A DNA stretch of 64,000 nucleotides from a virus: the IMG/VR virus record IMGVR_UViG_3300021425_003051, positions 3,019-67,018 of that record; one strand, written 5' to 3'. This document shows positions 25,592 to 36,582 of the stretch, one piece after another. Position 1 is the stretch's first letter; the number at the start of each line of letters is the position of its first letter. The notes under the pieces are model-generated. The model did not search any database, was not told the origin of the DNA, and saw only the letters and a list, made by a program, of their open reading frames with translations. The position numbers and the translations under genes were made by a program.

Positions 25592-25825
25592 ATGAGTTCT
25601 CAGTACGACCCCTCTGACTATACTATCGACAACGAAGACGACGAGTATCTAACTCGTGTCGTCGTCGATACCTGTTCTCGTACCTTTTACATGTACTCTA
25701 GTGAGGGTGACACTAAAACTGTACCAACAGAGACCACCGAACAGTTCATGGATGTCCTAGAGGTCATTCGTTGTGTATGTGATGAAGACATGGTATACTA
25801 CTCCGAACCAGTGGTCGCAGGTTGA
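25592..25825 (+). CDS. hypothetical protein
   Basis: 77-aa acidic ORF after promoter. Confidence 0.65.
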   Translation: MSSQYDPSDYTIDNEDDEYLTRVVVDTCSRTFYMYSSEGDTKTVPTETTEQFMDVLEVIRCVCDEDMVYYSEPVVAG

Positions 25826-25952
25826 CCCCCGTATATTATTTCGACTTTCATTTGCAAAAAGGTCGGGAAAAAAATCTGGGGTATTTTTTACCCCTATTAC
25901 TTTTTTATGATTACCTATTCACCCTTTTTTTACAACGAAATCCTGGAGTGTT

Positions 25953-26111
25953 ATGAGTATGAGACCAGAAACTCGTCGATCTATGGAAATGTTATTCGCG
26001 GCGAAATGGAATTTGCCCAAAGCAGCGAAGAATGCGGGTCTGACCAACAAGGAGATGAAAATCACCTTTAACGAATATTGTGCCTTTCACCCTCCTACTT
26101 GGGAGGAGTGA
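25953..26111 (+). CDS. small hypothetical protein (52 aa)
   Basis: MSMRPETRRSMEMLFAAKWNLPKAAKNAGLTNKEMKITFNEYC...; GGAG SD upstream. Confidence 0.55.
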   Translation: MSMRPETRRSMEMLFAAKWNLPKAAKNAGLTNKEMKITFNEYCAFHPPTWEE

Positions 26112-26117
26112 TTCCTT

Positions 26118-26201
26118 GGGAATGTGGTGGAATCGGTAGACACACCAGACTTAAAATCTGTTGACCTTAAGGTCGTGGGGGTTCAAGTCCCCCCATTCCT
26201 A
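26118..26201 (+). tRNA. trnL: tRNA-Leu (anticodon TAA)
   Basis: GGGAATG/CATTCCT acceptor, CAGA-CTTAAAA-TCTG anticodon arm, long variable arm, GGTTCAAGTCC T-arm; no encoded CCA. Confidence 0.93.
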
Positions 26202-26244
26202 TGCATTGATAAATAAGTCATAATAGATATAGTGTGCGAAGAAG

Positions 26245-29200
26245 ATGCCATTATCGAGACTTGATAACTTCCTCAAGAACGTTCGTGGAAACATCATATA
26301 TGTAAATCCCAACGACTTAGATGCCACTGATAGTGTAACGAATCAGGGTAACTCGATGGGTCGCCCTTTTATTACTATTCAAAGGGCACTGATCGAAGCA
26401 GCTAGATTTTCATATCAGACTGGATTAGATAATGATAGATTTGGCAAAACAACGATTCTTCTGTCACCAGGCGAACACGTTATTGACAACCGACCAGGTT
26501 GGATTCCTGATGGTACTGGTAATTTCAGATTGAGAGATGGAACCACATCTTCAAATTATACTGCTTTTAGTAGCAGTTCAAACTTTGATTTAACATCATC
26601 TGTAAACGATCTTTATAAGTTAAACTCAATTTATGGTGGTGTTATTGTTCCCCGTGGTGTTTCGATTGTTGGTCAAGATTTAAGAAAAACAACAATTCGA
26701 CCCCTATACGTTCCAGATCCAGAAAACGATAATATTGAAAGGTCCGCAATTTTTAGAATTACGGGTGGAACTTACTTTTTCCAATTCACGATTTTTGACG
26801 GAAATCCTAATGGAAATGTTTATAAGAACTATACCACTGGATCATCAGTAGCTAACTTTTCACACCATAAACTGACTTGTTTTGAATATGCTGATGGAAC
26901 TAATAATGTAGAAATAAACGATACTTTTATTCCAAATTTCAAGACAGAAAGAACTGATCTTGACATGTATTATGAGAAAGTTGGTCTTGCTTACGGAACA
27001 TCGTCTGGTAGAGAGATTCAACCAGATTACCCCGATTCGGGAATCGACATTCAACCTAAGATTGATGAATTCCGTATCGTCGGACCAACTGGTGGTGGTG
27101 TAGAGATTTCGACCATCGAAGCTGGTGATGGCACAACTCTTGGTGCTACTGAGATCATCACTGTTACTCTTACGGAACCATTATTTGGTCTTGAGGTTGA
27201 TACAGCTTTCCAGGTCAATGGTATCACTGATTCCGATTATAATGGTTCTTTTGTTGTCAATGAAGTTTTAACTAGAACATCAGAAGGTGTAACATCATTT
27301 AAATATCTGAATTCAGTCATTCCAGTTGACGCTTCACCAACAGCCACAGGCGGAACAGTTGCACTTGATACTGACACGGTTACATCTGCATCACCATATG
27401 TCTTCAATATCTCATTGAGATCTGTTTATGGTTTGTGTGGTATGCATGCCGATGGTTCTAAGGCAAGTGGATTTAAGTCCATGGTTGTCGCTCAGTTTAC
27501 TGGTGTATCTCTCCAGAAGGACGACAATGCATTCTGTAAGTTTGACCAGTCAACAGGTGATTTTAGATTTGCATCTACTGTAGATAATATTCATAGTGAT
27601 CCAGACGCCAAATATAGACCAGAATACTATAACTTCCATATCAAGGCATCAAATAACTCAATTATTCAGTTGGTGTCTATCTTTGCTATTGGATATGCAC
27701 AACACTTTGTAACTGAAAGTGGTGGTGACTTCTCGGTTACTAATTCCAACTCTAACTTTGGTCAAATAGCTTTAGTATCAAAGGGATATAGAGATGTTGC
27801 TTTCTCTAGAGATGATGTTGGATATGTCACGAATATCATTCCACCAAAACTCTTAGATACGAACACTGTCAACCTTGAATATGGTGCTATTGATGTATCT
27901 ACTACTGTTAGTGCAGCTACTACGTCTAGACTTTATTTGCATAATGAGACAAATGAATCTGCACCACCAAAATCTGTAATTCAAGGATATAGAATTGGTT
28001 CTGCTTCAGAAGATGAATTGAGTCTTCTTATTACTGAAAATGGAATACCTGCGACCTATTCCTCTCGCATCGTAATGCCAGACGGAACTTCTGGTTCCAC
28101 TACAAAATATAGCTCTACCAAACGATTTAAAGTTGGTAGAGTGGGTGTAGCAAATAGTATCAGTTCTAATACTTTAACATTTAATGAGAACCATAGGTTC
28201 CTCAACGGTGAGACAATTAGAATCCTCAGTGACAATGCTAGACTTCCTGATGGATTGGATGAAAATAGAGTTTATTATGCGATTGTTGGTGGAACTCTCA
28301 ATGATGATCAGATTAAGATCGCTGTAAGTCCCAATGATGCTTCAAATGGTACAGCTATTGATATCAACAGTCTCGGTGGAACTATTTCAGTAGAAAGTAG
28401 AGTTAGTGATAAGGTAGCTGGTGATATCGGACACCCAATTCAATATGATACCAGTCAAAGTAAGTGGTATGTTAATGTTTCTGGTTCTTCCACAGACAAT
28501 GGAATTTATAGTAAGATTGTATCACTTGGAACTGGTGTTCTTGGTGAAGCTACTTCTAGATCTTTCATCAACAGACAACCAGATAATAGAGCTCTGAGGG
28601 ATAGAATCTACAGATACAGATACGTCATTCCATCTGATGTAGGTATTCAATCTGCTAGACCACCTAGAGATGGTTATATCTTACAAAATTCTAGTGATGT
28701 AACTGGTGCTAATAATACTGAGGTAGGTCTTCAGTTCAATCCTGGCACTGTTACCATGTCAAATGTTGGTGAGATGAGAAACTTTAGTTTCATCCGCACA
28801 GCTAATTATGACGGTTCAAACACTAATTACACATCTGAACTTCCACACAATTTGACCGTTGGTTCTAAGGTCAAAATCAGTAATGTAACAAGTACAAATA
28901 ATCCAACAGGTATCGCTAACTCTGATTTTAACGGTACATTCACAGTTGCTGGCATCTCAAGTGCCAACACGTTCTATACTACTGATATTACTACTGATCC
29001 TGGAACATTTACTAATAATACATCTACAAGAACAACATCTCTCCCAACATTCCAACGTGTAAGAGCTGATAAGACTTTCTACATTTATGATGTTGAACAG
29101 ATTAAAGAGTATAAATCTGGAGAACAGGATGGTATCTATTATTTGACCGTCATTGATTCTTCTAACAAACCATCTGTTGCACCATTTAATAGTTCTGATG

Positions 29201-32136
29201 ATTTTTCATTCTCACAACCAATCTTAAATCTTTATCCTCAACTTGATAGAGATAATCCTGTATCCGAAGCACCTGTTGCTAAGTCTTATGCACTTCCTGA
29301 TAAACTAGGTAAGGTTGTAATTGATGATCCCAAGAGTAGTATCACTAAAAAATCACTTGAGAGAGTCAATAGAAGTTTCCAAATTGGTATTGGTATCACT
29401 GACATTAAGACGATGTATGATTCGACAGCTGGTGCTGGTTCGACACATACTATCTTCTTGGATCGTGAACATAGATACAACTCTATTGCAGATGTAATAG
29501 TTACCTCACCTGGTACTGGATATGGTAACGGAACTGGATCTCCAGAAAATCTCTATAATGCCCGTCTTGCTTTAACTACAGGTGAAGGTAATGGTGCTAC
29601 AGCTAGAATTACAGTAAATGCCTCTGGAGAATTGACTGATGTCAAGATTATGGATGGTGGTTGTAACTACACAGTCGGTGATGTTCTGACAGTTACAGGA
29701 ACAGCTACAACAACTGGTTTCTCTGCTGGTACAGTTACTGTACAATATGTCAACAATAATATCGGTGATACTATTAGTATATCTGGTGTTTCTTCTGAAA
29801 GTCTTAACAGTTACAATCAACTCTATAGAATCACTGGTATCAGTACAACCAAAGAAGTTACTGTCGAATCGAGACTTCCTGTTACTGGATTCTCAACTAC
29901 TGGTATTGGACCCAATGTAGTATCTGAAGCTTATTTGATCGGTAATGGACCTAGACTCAACATCTCATCTTTACAGTACAACAGAGAAGTTGGAATTGGC
30001 ACAGTTGTTACCTCAGATACACATGGATTAGTAGCTGAAAATGCTATCGCAATTGGTGGAGCGACAGAGAACTTCTATAACAGAGTGTTTGCTATAACTG
30101 AAGTTGTAAGTCTCAATGAATTTAAAATTAACATTGGTATTTCGACAAATACTCCAACAATTTCTGGATCACTTCGTGGTTACTATGTTGGTCAGTCTCC
30201 ACAAGCTGGAACATTTACTCTTTATGATGAGAACTTTGGTGGAAGAACTAACAATTATTATGCTGGTATTAGTACGGTTCTGTCATCTGCTGTCACTACA
30301 TCCAATACAGATGAGGTCAGTATTGAGAATGTAGAAGAATTTAATCTCAATATTGGAGACTACCTCAGAGTTGATAATGAAATAATGAGAATCAAAACGA
30401 CAGTTGGTTCTAACCCTGTTAAAGTATTCAGAGGTGTTGCTGGAACTAGAAGCGACACCCATATCAGCGGTTCTTTGATTAAAAAAGTTAATATATTACC
30501 ATTTGAATTCAGAAGAACTTCAATTATCAGAGCTTCTGGACACACATTTGAATATCTTGGATATGGACCAGGTAATTATTCAACTTCACTTCCACAAAAA
30601 CAAGCAGCACAACCTGGTCTTACTGAACAGTTGTTGTCTCAATCATTTAGATCTAACGGTGGTGTAAATGTCTACACTGGTATGAATGACCGTGGAGACT
30701 TCTACATTGGTAATAAGAGAATCTCATCTAACACTGGTAAAGAAGAGGTGTTTGATACACCTGTACCAACAGTCACTGGTGAGGATGTGTTCATTCTTGG
30801 TACAGAGACTGGTGTTGATGTTATCAATCCATTGGAAGCCACCGTTTCTAGAAGTCTGAAGGTTGAAGGTGGAACACAGAACAATATTCTGTCAGAGTTT
30901 AATGGACCAGTTGTCTTTACTGAGAAGATTACTTCTACCTCCGATGATGGTATTGAGTCTAGCTCTCTGTTCCTTCAGGGAGATACTGTCGTATCGAGAA
31001 AATATACTGTAGGTCTCACACAACCTACATTAGCTGGTAACCCTGGTGATGTTGTTTATAACGCCAATCCAACCAAGGGTGGAACGATTGGATGGACATA
31101 TTCCACTGAAAATGGATGGTATCCATTCGGTTCAATCAGTATTGATGAAAATTCCAGTCAGATGACTTTTGACAAAGTTGGAATCGCTACTACTTCACCT
31201 GGCGAAAATACATTCCAAATTGGTTCTGGAACATCTATTTTCGCTATCGATGGAACAGGTGGTGTTGGTATTGGAACCACAGCTAATGGTTACCAACTGA
31301 ATGTTGAAGGTGATACTTACATTGGTGGAAATATTACAGTTGGTGTATTGACCGCATTATCATTTGTGGGTGATGGATCTGGTCTCACAGATCTTCAGAA
31401 TGATAGTCTATGGACTGGTGTTGCATCTGGTCTTGGAACTGGTATTTACGCTCTAAACACCCTTAATGTTGGTGTGGGTACAACTGTAGCGTCCTTCCCT
31501 CTCGACGCTGGAGCTCCTGGAACTGGAACAACCGATCTTAGAGTTAGAAATAGAGCTGTTATTGAGGGTCATCTTGATGTTGTAAATGTTGATGCAACTG
31601 GTATCGTTACGGCCGCAAATCACAGAATAAACAGTTCATCTGGTGAAATTCTAACTGGAATCATTACTGCAACTAATATCGTTGTTGGTACTGCTCTGTC
31701 TACATCTGGTGGACAAGTTGGTTTCGGAACAGGTTCACCAAGAGCAGACGCTGACTTTGAAGGATCTGTCAAATTCAAGACATACTCTGAAAATGTTCAA
31801 ACACTTGATATTTCAAGTGGAGTTGTTGTTGTTGACTTGTCACTAGCACAAACATTTGAACTGACAGTTGACGAAGCTGTGACTAGATTTACTTTATTGA
31901 GTCCACCAACTGGTTCAACAGCTTTCTCTATCAAAATTACACAAGATACCACTGGTTATGGTGTTGGTATAGATACTTTTAGAGATAGTGGTGGAACTAC
32001 TATTCCTGTTTATTGGCCAGGTGGGGTAGTACCTATCCCAACCACGACCGCGTCTAAGACCGATATCTATTCGTTCAAGACATTTGATGGTGGTTCATCC
32101 CTGTATGGTGTTGTTGGAGGACAAAACTTCGCATGA
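26245..32136 (+). CDS. large virion structural / tail fibre-baseplate protein (1963 aa)
   Basis: MPLSRLDNFLKN N-terminus typical of cyanomyovirus structural proteins; VGIATT fibre repeats; ATAAATA upstream. Confidence 0.75.
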   Translation: MPLSRLDNFLKNVRGNIIYVNPNDLDATDSVTNQGNSMGRPFITIQRALIEAARFSYQTGLDNDRFGKTTILLSPGEHVIDNRPGWIPDGTGNFRLRDGTTSSNYTAFSSSSNFDLTSSVNDLYKLNSIYGGVIVPRGVSIVGQDLRKTTIRPLYVPDPENDNIERSAIFRITGGTYFFQFTIFDGNPNGNVYKNYTTGSSVANFSHHKLTCFEYADGTNNVEINDTFIPNFKTERTDLDMYYEKVGLAYGTSSGREIQPDYPDSGIDIQPKIDEFRIVGPTGGGVEISTIEAGDGTTLGATEIITVTLTEPLFGLEVDTAFQVNGITDSDYNGSFVVNEVLTRTSEGVTSFKYLNSVIPVDASPTATGGTVALDTDTVTSASPYVFNISLRSVYGLCGMHADGSKASGFKSMVVAQFTGVSLQKDDNAFCKFDQSTGDFRFASTVDNIHSDPDAKYRPEYYNFHIKASNNSIIQLVSIFAIGYAQHFVTESGGDFSVTNSNSNFGQIALVSKGYRDVAFSRDDVGYVTNIIPPKLLDTNTVNLEYGAIDVSTTVSAATTSRLYLHNETNESAPPKSVIQGYRIGSASEDELSLLITENGIPATYSSRIVMPDGTSGSTTKYSSTKRFKVGRVGVANSISSNTLTFNENHRFLNGETIRILSDNARLPDGLDENRVYYAIVGGTLNDDQIKIAVSPNDASNGTAIDINSLGGTISVESRVSDKVAGDIGHPIQYDTSQSKWYVNVSGSSTDNGIYSKIVSLGTGVLGEATSRSFINRQPDNRALRDRIYRYRYVIPSDVGIQSARPPRDGYILQNSSDVTGANNTEVGLQFNPGTVTMSNVGEMRNFSFIRTANYDGSNTNYTSELPHNLTVGSKVKISNVTSTNNPTGIANSDFNGTFTVAGISSANTFYTTDITTDPGTFTNNTSTRTTSLPTFQRVRADKTFYIYDVEQIKEYKSGEQDGIYYLTVIDSSNKPSVAPFNSSDDFSFSQPILNLYPQLDRDNPVSEAPVAKSYALPDKLGKVVIDDPKSSITKKSLERVNRSFQIGIGITDIKTMYDSTAGAGSTHTIFLDREHRYNSIADVIVTSPGTGYGNGTGSPENLYNARLALTTGEGNGATARITVNASGELTDVKIMDGGCNYTVGDVLTVTGTATTTGFSAGTVTVQYVNNNIGDTISISGVSSESLNSYNQLYRITGISTTKEVTVESRLPVTGFSTTGIGPNVVSEAYLIGNGPRLNISSLQYNREVGIGTVVTSDTHGLVAENAIAIGGATENFYNRVFAITEVVSLNEFKINIGISTNTPTISGSLRGYYVGQSPQAGTFTLYDENFGGRTNNYYAGISTVLSSAVTTSNTDEVSIENVEEFNLNIGDYLRVDNEIMRIKTTVGSNPVKVFRGVAGTRSDTHISGSLIKKVNILPFEFRRTSIIRASGHTFEYLGYGPGNYSTSLPQKQAAQPGLTEQLLSQSFRSNGGVNVYTGMNDRGDFYIGNKRISSNTGKEEVFDTPVPTVTGEDVFILGTETGVDVINPLEATVSRSLKVEGGTQNNILSEFNGPVVFTEKITSTSDDGIESSSLFLQGDTVVSRKYTVGLTQPTLAGNPGDVVYNANPTKGGTIGWTYSTENGWYPFGSISIDENSSQMTFDKVGIATTSPGENTFQIGSGTSIFAIDGTGGVGIGTTANGYQLNVEGDTYIGGNITVGVLTALSFVGDGSGLTDLQNDSLWTGVASGLGTGIYALNTLNVGVGTTVASFPLDAGAPGTGTTDLRVRNRAVIEGHLDVVNVDATGIVTAANHRINSSSGEILTGIITATNIVVGTALSTSGGQVGFGTGSPRADADFEGSVKFKTYSENVQTLDISSGVVVVDLSLAQTFELTVDEAVTRFTLLSPPTGSTAFSIKITQDTTGYGVGIDTFRDSGGTTIPVYWPGGVVPIPTTTASKTDIYSFKTFDGGSSLYGVVGGQNFA

Positions 32137-33965
32137 TAGGACTAGGATTCTATAACGCAACGAATACAACCCTTGACCTCAATGGACCTTTCCTGAGGTA
32201 TACCACACAACCATCAGTAAGTGGAGAAGTTTCTAACGGTGGTAGTGTTACCTTAGTTGGTGTCGCTACCGCTGATTTTAAACATAATCCAACAATTCCT
32301 GGAGAGAGAGTAACAAATACAGGAAGTATTGAATATCAATGGTATATTGATGGTGCTCTTGCTGTGGATGGGAACAATATTAGTGGTGCTGGAACTTCTG
32401 AACTTACCCTTTCAAATCTCACCAATCCAGTTGATAATGGGAAGTCAGTAGTATTATACGCTTCATATGGTGCATCTGCATATCAATCAACATCTCCAGT
32501 AACTGCTGGAACTGCAAGATCAACAGGAAATGCTCCAAACGCACCTCTATTATCAAATAATATAACAATCAATGTTACTCCAGTTCTGTCAATTACTTTA
32601 CAACCAATTGATACTATTGGAATAGAAGACTCATTTTCTACCTTCAATATTGAGGCGACTACTACAGACCCATCTTTGAACTCTCAAATTACATATCAGT
32701 GGAGATTAAACGGAGTAAATCTATCTGATAGTTCAGTCGTTACAGGTTCAAAAACAAACCAATTACAAATCAAACAACCAGAGGGAACATACACAATTGA
32801 TTGTGTTGTCACACACCCAACAGCAGATGATTCACCACAAAATTCAAACGAAGTTACTTTCACTAGTGAGTCTATAAAAGAATTTGTCAATCTTGAAACT
32901 TGGGATAGTTTTAACGCAATTGAACCCTTTAGTACTATTCAACAAAATCTCAATGATGGTCCCTTGAATGTTATAGGAACTGCAAGATTCGCTCTAGCTA
33001 AATCTCCAGGGTCAAGAACTCCTTCTACTGTTCATTTTCTTTATGCACCAGAAGCTGATGTTGATGTTCTGATTGAAATGGCTGGAGCTGGTGGTGCTTC
33101 TTTCAGAGGAATTCAAGGAGGACAAGGTGGTTGGGGGTGTTTTAGAATGACTCTGAAGAAAAATGTAGAGTATGTCCTCAAACTTGGTTCAAATGAAGGT
33201 GAACTTCAACCACCTGGTGGTGGTGTAATAGGATCTCCAATTCGTGGAGGATTTGGTGGTGGAATGGCAACTTTCTACGAAAAGAATCAACTCATAGCTG
33301 TTCTTGGAGGTGGCGGTGGTGCAGGTGAGTCTGCTGCAGGTGGTGATGGTGGTGGATTAAATCAACCTGGTGAAAATGGATTTGGTAGAAGAGGTGGCAA
33401 TGGTGGTGGTCTTCATACTCCAGGTACAAGTTTTGACGATATTTTTCCGAATGAAGCACAACAGAGAGGTGGTACATTAGGTTCTTGTCCAAATCCTCCA
33501 GTTAGTGTTTTTAAGGATCAGGGATTATCTCAATGTGCGGACTATACAACTTCAGGTCATTTTATAGACGCAGGAACTGGAACTGAATATCCAACAAGCG
33601 CTTTATTGAATCGTGGATTTAGAACAGGACAAGCTGGTAGAATTAATGGTGGATTTGGAATTGATGGTGGAGGCGGTGGTGGCGGTGCTGGTGCCGCAGG
33701 TGGTAGTGGTGGTGAAGGAAATGGTGTTGGTGGTGGAGGAGGTTCAGGATGGGCTGATACTGGTAAAGTCAATGTATTAAGGACAACATCTGGTGTCAAT
33801 ACTGGAGACGCATATTTTAGAATTAGTTTGTTTGATCCTAATGCACCAATACCCAATCCCCCTGCTCCAAATCCTCCAAACTATGTGAAGATTGACTGGA
33901 GTGATTCAAGAAATCCAGGATACAAAGTTGGTGATGGAGACAACCAGACCAAGCCATGTGGTTAA
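32133..33965 (+). CDS. Ig-like-domain and glycine-rich fibre-associated protein
   Basis: Two ITxQP...YQW Ig-like repeats followed by GGG-rich domain. Confidence 0.7.
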   Translation: MIGLGFYNATNTTLDLNGPFLRYTTQPSVSGEVSNGGSVTLVGVATADFKHNPTIPGERVTNTGSIEYQWYIDGALAVDGNNISGAGTSELTLSNLTNPVDNGKSVVLYASYGASAYQSTSPVTAGTARSTGNAPNAPLLSNNITINVTPVLSITLQPIDTIGIEDSFSTFNIEATTTDPSLNSQITYQWRLNGVNLSDSSVVTGSKTNQLQIKQPEGTYTIDCVVTHPTADDSPQNSNEVTFTSESIKEFVNLETWDSFNAIEPFSTIQQNLNDGPLNVIGTARFALAKSPGSRTPSTVHFLYAPEADVDVLIEMAGAGGASFRGIQGGQGGWGCFRMTLKKNVEYVLKLGSNEGELQPPGGGVIGSPIRGGFGGGMATFYEKNQLIAVLGGGGGAGESAAGGDGGGLNQPGENGFGRRGGNGGGLHTPGTSFDDIFPNEAQQRGGTLGSCPNPPVSVFKDQGLSQCADYTTSGHFIDAGTGTEYPTSALLNRGFRTGQAGRINGGFGIDGGGGGGGAGAAGGSGGEGNGVGGGGGSGWADTGKVNVLRTTSGVNTGDAYFRISLFDPNAPIPNPPAPNPPNYVKIDWSDSRNPGYKVGDGDNQTKPCG

Positions 33966-33999
33966 TTAAAATAAATATCAATATCTAAGTGGTGCTCTG

Positions 34000-36582
34000 A
34001 TGGAAGCTAAAACCTATACTCTTTGTTTGATTGGAGATGATGTTAGAGACGAATTCCTAGCAGAAATTGGAGATAGTTATAATATTTTAAGTGTCTATAA
34101 GAATATCCCTAGTGTATTGAAGGTCAGTTTATCTGAGACTGAAAGGGAGGAGTTGCTGAATCATCCATATGTTATGGAAATTGAGGAGGAAAGAACACCA
34201 TATCCAGCATCATTATTTACTTTTGATGAAGAAAAAACAATCACTGTACAGGCACCAAATTCCTCAGAACCTGGTTCTAACTATATCAATGCCATTCATA
34301 AGTATTTTACGAATGGTGTTTCTTCATCAAATCCAAATGGAGTTAGAACTGTTGGTCTGAAGGGTGATTTCTTCCAACCAAGTATGCCAGATTGCAATTA
34401 CAGATCATATTTGACTGGAGAACACGTTGATATTGTAACAATTGAAGTTGGGGCTGCGCGAGCGTCTGACTGGGCACCACTTAATCATCACAAGAATCAT
34501 CCAGATTATTTTATGCCAGGGACAAGCACCACAAGGTGTGTCCCTATGAACTGGAAGAATTACAACTCTAATATAGAAAGCACTGATAATATTGATCAGA
34601 GTTCACAAATGCTTACGAATCATGGTGCTGGTGTCTTGAGTTGTGCTGGTGGTCAATTTGGTGGTTTAGCTAAGAAAGCCAGTCTTAGACAATTTAGTAT
34701 GACAAGTAGGGATAGTATGTTTGATGCTATTGATACTATTAAATCTTGGCACAGTAGCAAACCCACTAACTCTGTTACTGGAAAAAAGAATCCAACAATT
34801 GTAGTCGGAGAATGGCAGTACCTCCAAAGTAATGCTACCGCTATAAAGATAAAGGATATTGCTTCATTTACTGTTAGAGGAACAACAACAAATCGTCCTG
34901 GTAGTGATAGGAATCCAGAGTTAAATGGATGGAAATTGAGTGATTTTGTAGAAAAAAATATGCTTCCAAAATTGATTCCTGCAAAATATTCAACCACTCC
35001 CAATGACCCATATGAGTGGGCTATAACATTTGATAGTAGTGGTAGTTATTTTGCATTGAGAAATGCGATAGAAGGTATGATATCCGATGGGATTCATTGG
35101 ATTTGTGCTACTGGAAATGATTGTGGTGTATTTTCAAAATACGATTCCAGTGATTATGACAATAAGATAACAACCACGAGCACTTATGATCAACATTTTC
35201 TTTTATCATATTACAACCCAGTTCAATACACTAATGGACCACAAGATTTCTTTATTCATCGATCTTTTGGTCCTGCGGGAGCTCCAAATGCAATTGATGT
35301 TGGAGCACGCCAAAGATCAGAAGAAACTCCTGCTACTGATGGATATTCATCGAGAGGACCTGTAGTTGACATTTTTGGTCTTGGTAGAGGAACTTGGTCT
35401 TCATATCCTGTGAGTACATATGCTGATGGTAATAAGTATGGTATTTTCAGTGGAACAAGTGCAGCAACTCCTACTGTTGTTGGTGTAGCTGCATGTATTC
35501 TTGAATATCAATATCTGACAAGTGGTTCATATCCAAGTCCAGCTACTTTGAAGAACTTACTATTGGGTGCTGCTAAATCCAATGGAGTTCAAAATTATGA
35601 AACGCTTGATTGGGATGCTACTGTAAGTCCTGCAGCCGAGAACATATACAAAGCAACAAATTTGGTTGATGATTATGTACCTGCTGTAGTTATCCTCCCC
35701 AATACAAGTAGTTTCAATGGAGCTCCATTTGCAACTGATCTTGTAGGTGCCTCACCTAGGGCAGCATTTTTACCTGACTTCATGAGGACTTATAATCCCG
35801 ACACTGGTTCATCACTACCAGATCCAACTCCTCCTGCTGATGTTCCTGGAGCATGTATACATCCAACGATTAAAGGTCCAACAGGACTTGTCTCTTCTCC
35901 ACCATACAATTATGCTCAAGCTTTTGATAAGTACCGTTCTGGAAGTCGATCTCCAGATGGTATTTACTTTACCCCAAGTGGAGATAGCGGTAGTGCCACT
36001 GATCTCTCATATGTTGCTTATAGACTGAGATTTAGAGGTTTTGGTCCGAGAGGAGGTTCAGAATATTCTAATGGTGAAACCATTTACTTGACTTCCAATC
36101 GAGGAAATCGTGATCCTAACAAAGGAACTGTAAGAAAATGGTATACTCAACATCAGTCCGTAGTAGATCGTGAACCTGACAAATACACTACAAATAAAAA
36201 TGAAGCATTCGTTCCATTTAGGATTCACTTTAGATTAGGATTTATTTGTGAAGGTGATGGTGCTTATCGAATCTTGTATTCTGATCATTATCATGATTGG
36301 TATTCTTTTGAATACAAAGACATTGATTTCGATTCTACGGAGCTAGCACGTCAGAATAATATATCTAGAGATGGTGATAAATTAATTTTCCCTGATTTTA
36401 GCACTAAGACTTATAGTCAACCAAGAATCTTTGAGCTTAAGGCTGATATCTATAATCTTGATCTTAATCCTGGATTAGGTGAAGCAAAGAACAGAATCAA
36501 TATGTTTGCAGAGGCAACTCGGGATGATACTAAAGCCAGAGAAAGTAACTTCACAGAATTTGGCAAGTATATTATCACCTAA
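34000..36582 (+). CDS. subtilisin-like (S8) serine peptidase
   Basis: NHGAGVLSCAGG (His), ATGN oxyanion Asn, FSGTSAATP (Ser), YSSRGP.VDI; prodomain-like N-terminus. Confidence 0.8.
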   Translation: MEAKTYTLCLIGDDVRDEFLAEIGDSYNILSVYKNIPSVLKVSLSETEREELLNHPYVMEIEEERTPYPASLFTFDEEKTITVQAPNSSEPGSNYINAIHKYFTNGVSSSNPNGVRTVGLKGDFFQPSMPDCNYRSYLTGEHVDIVTIEVGAARASDWAPLNHHKNHPDYFMPGTSTTRCVPMNWKNYNSNIESTDNIDQSSQMLTNHGAGVLSCAGGQFGGLAKKASLRQFSMTSRDSMFDAIDTIKSWHSSKPTNSVTGKKNPTIVVGEWQYLQSNATAIKIKDIASFTVRGTTTNRPGSDRNPELNGWKLSDFVEKNMLPKLIPAKYSTTPNDPYEWAITFDSSGSYFALRNAIEGMISDGIHWICATGNDCGVFSKYDSSDYDNKITTTSTYDQHFLLSYYNPVQYTNGPQDFFIHRSFGPAGAPNAIDVGARQRSEETPATDGYSSRGPVVDIFGLGRGTWSSYPVSTYADGNKYGIFSGTSAATPTVVGVAACILEYQYLTSGSYPSPATLKNLLLGAAKSNGVQNYETLDWDATVSPAAENIYKATNLVDDYVPAVVILPNTSSFNGAPFATDLVGASPRAAFLPDFMRTYNPDTGSSLPDPTPPADVPGACIHPTIKGPTGLVSSPPYNYAQAFDKYRSGSRSPDGIYFTPSGDSGSATDLSYVAYRLRFRGFGPRGGSEYSNGETIYLTSNRGNRDPNKGTVRKWYTQHQSVVDREPDKYTTNKNEAFVPFRIHFRLGFICEGDGAYRILYSDHYHDWYSFEYKDIDFDSTELARQNNISRDGDKLIFPDFSTKTYSQPRIFELKADIYNLDLNPGLGEAKNRINMFAEATRDDTKARESNFTEFGKYIIT

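Noticed and set aside
33660-33750. GGT/GGC-rich runs as DNA repeats or G-quadruplex elements
   Set aside because: Explained by glycine-rich coding sequence
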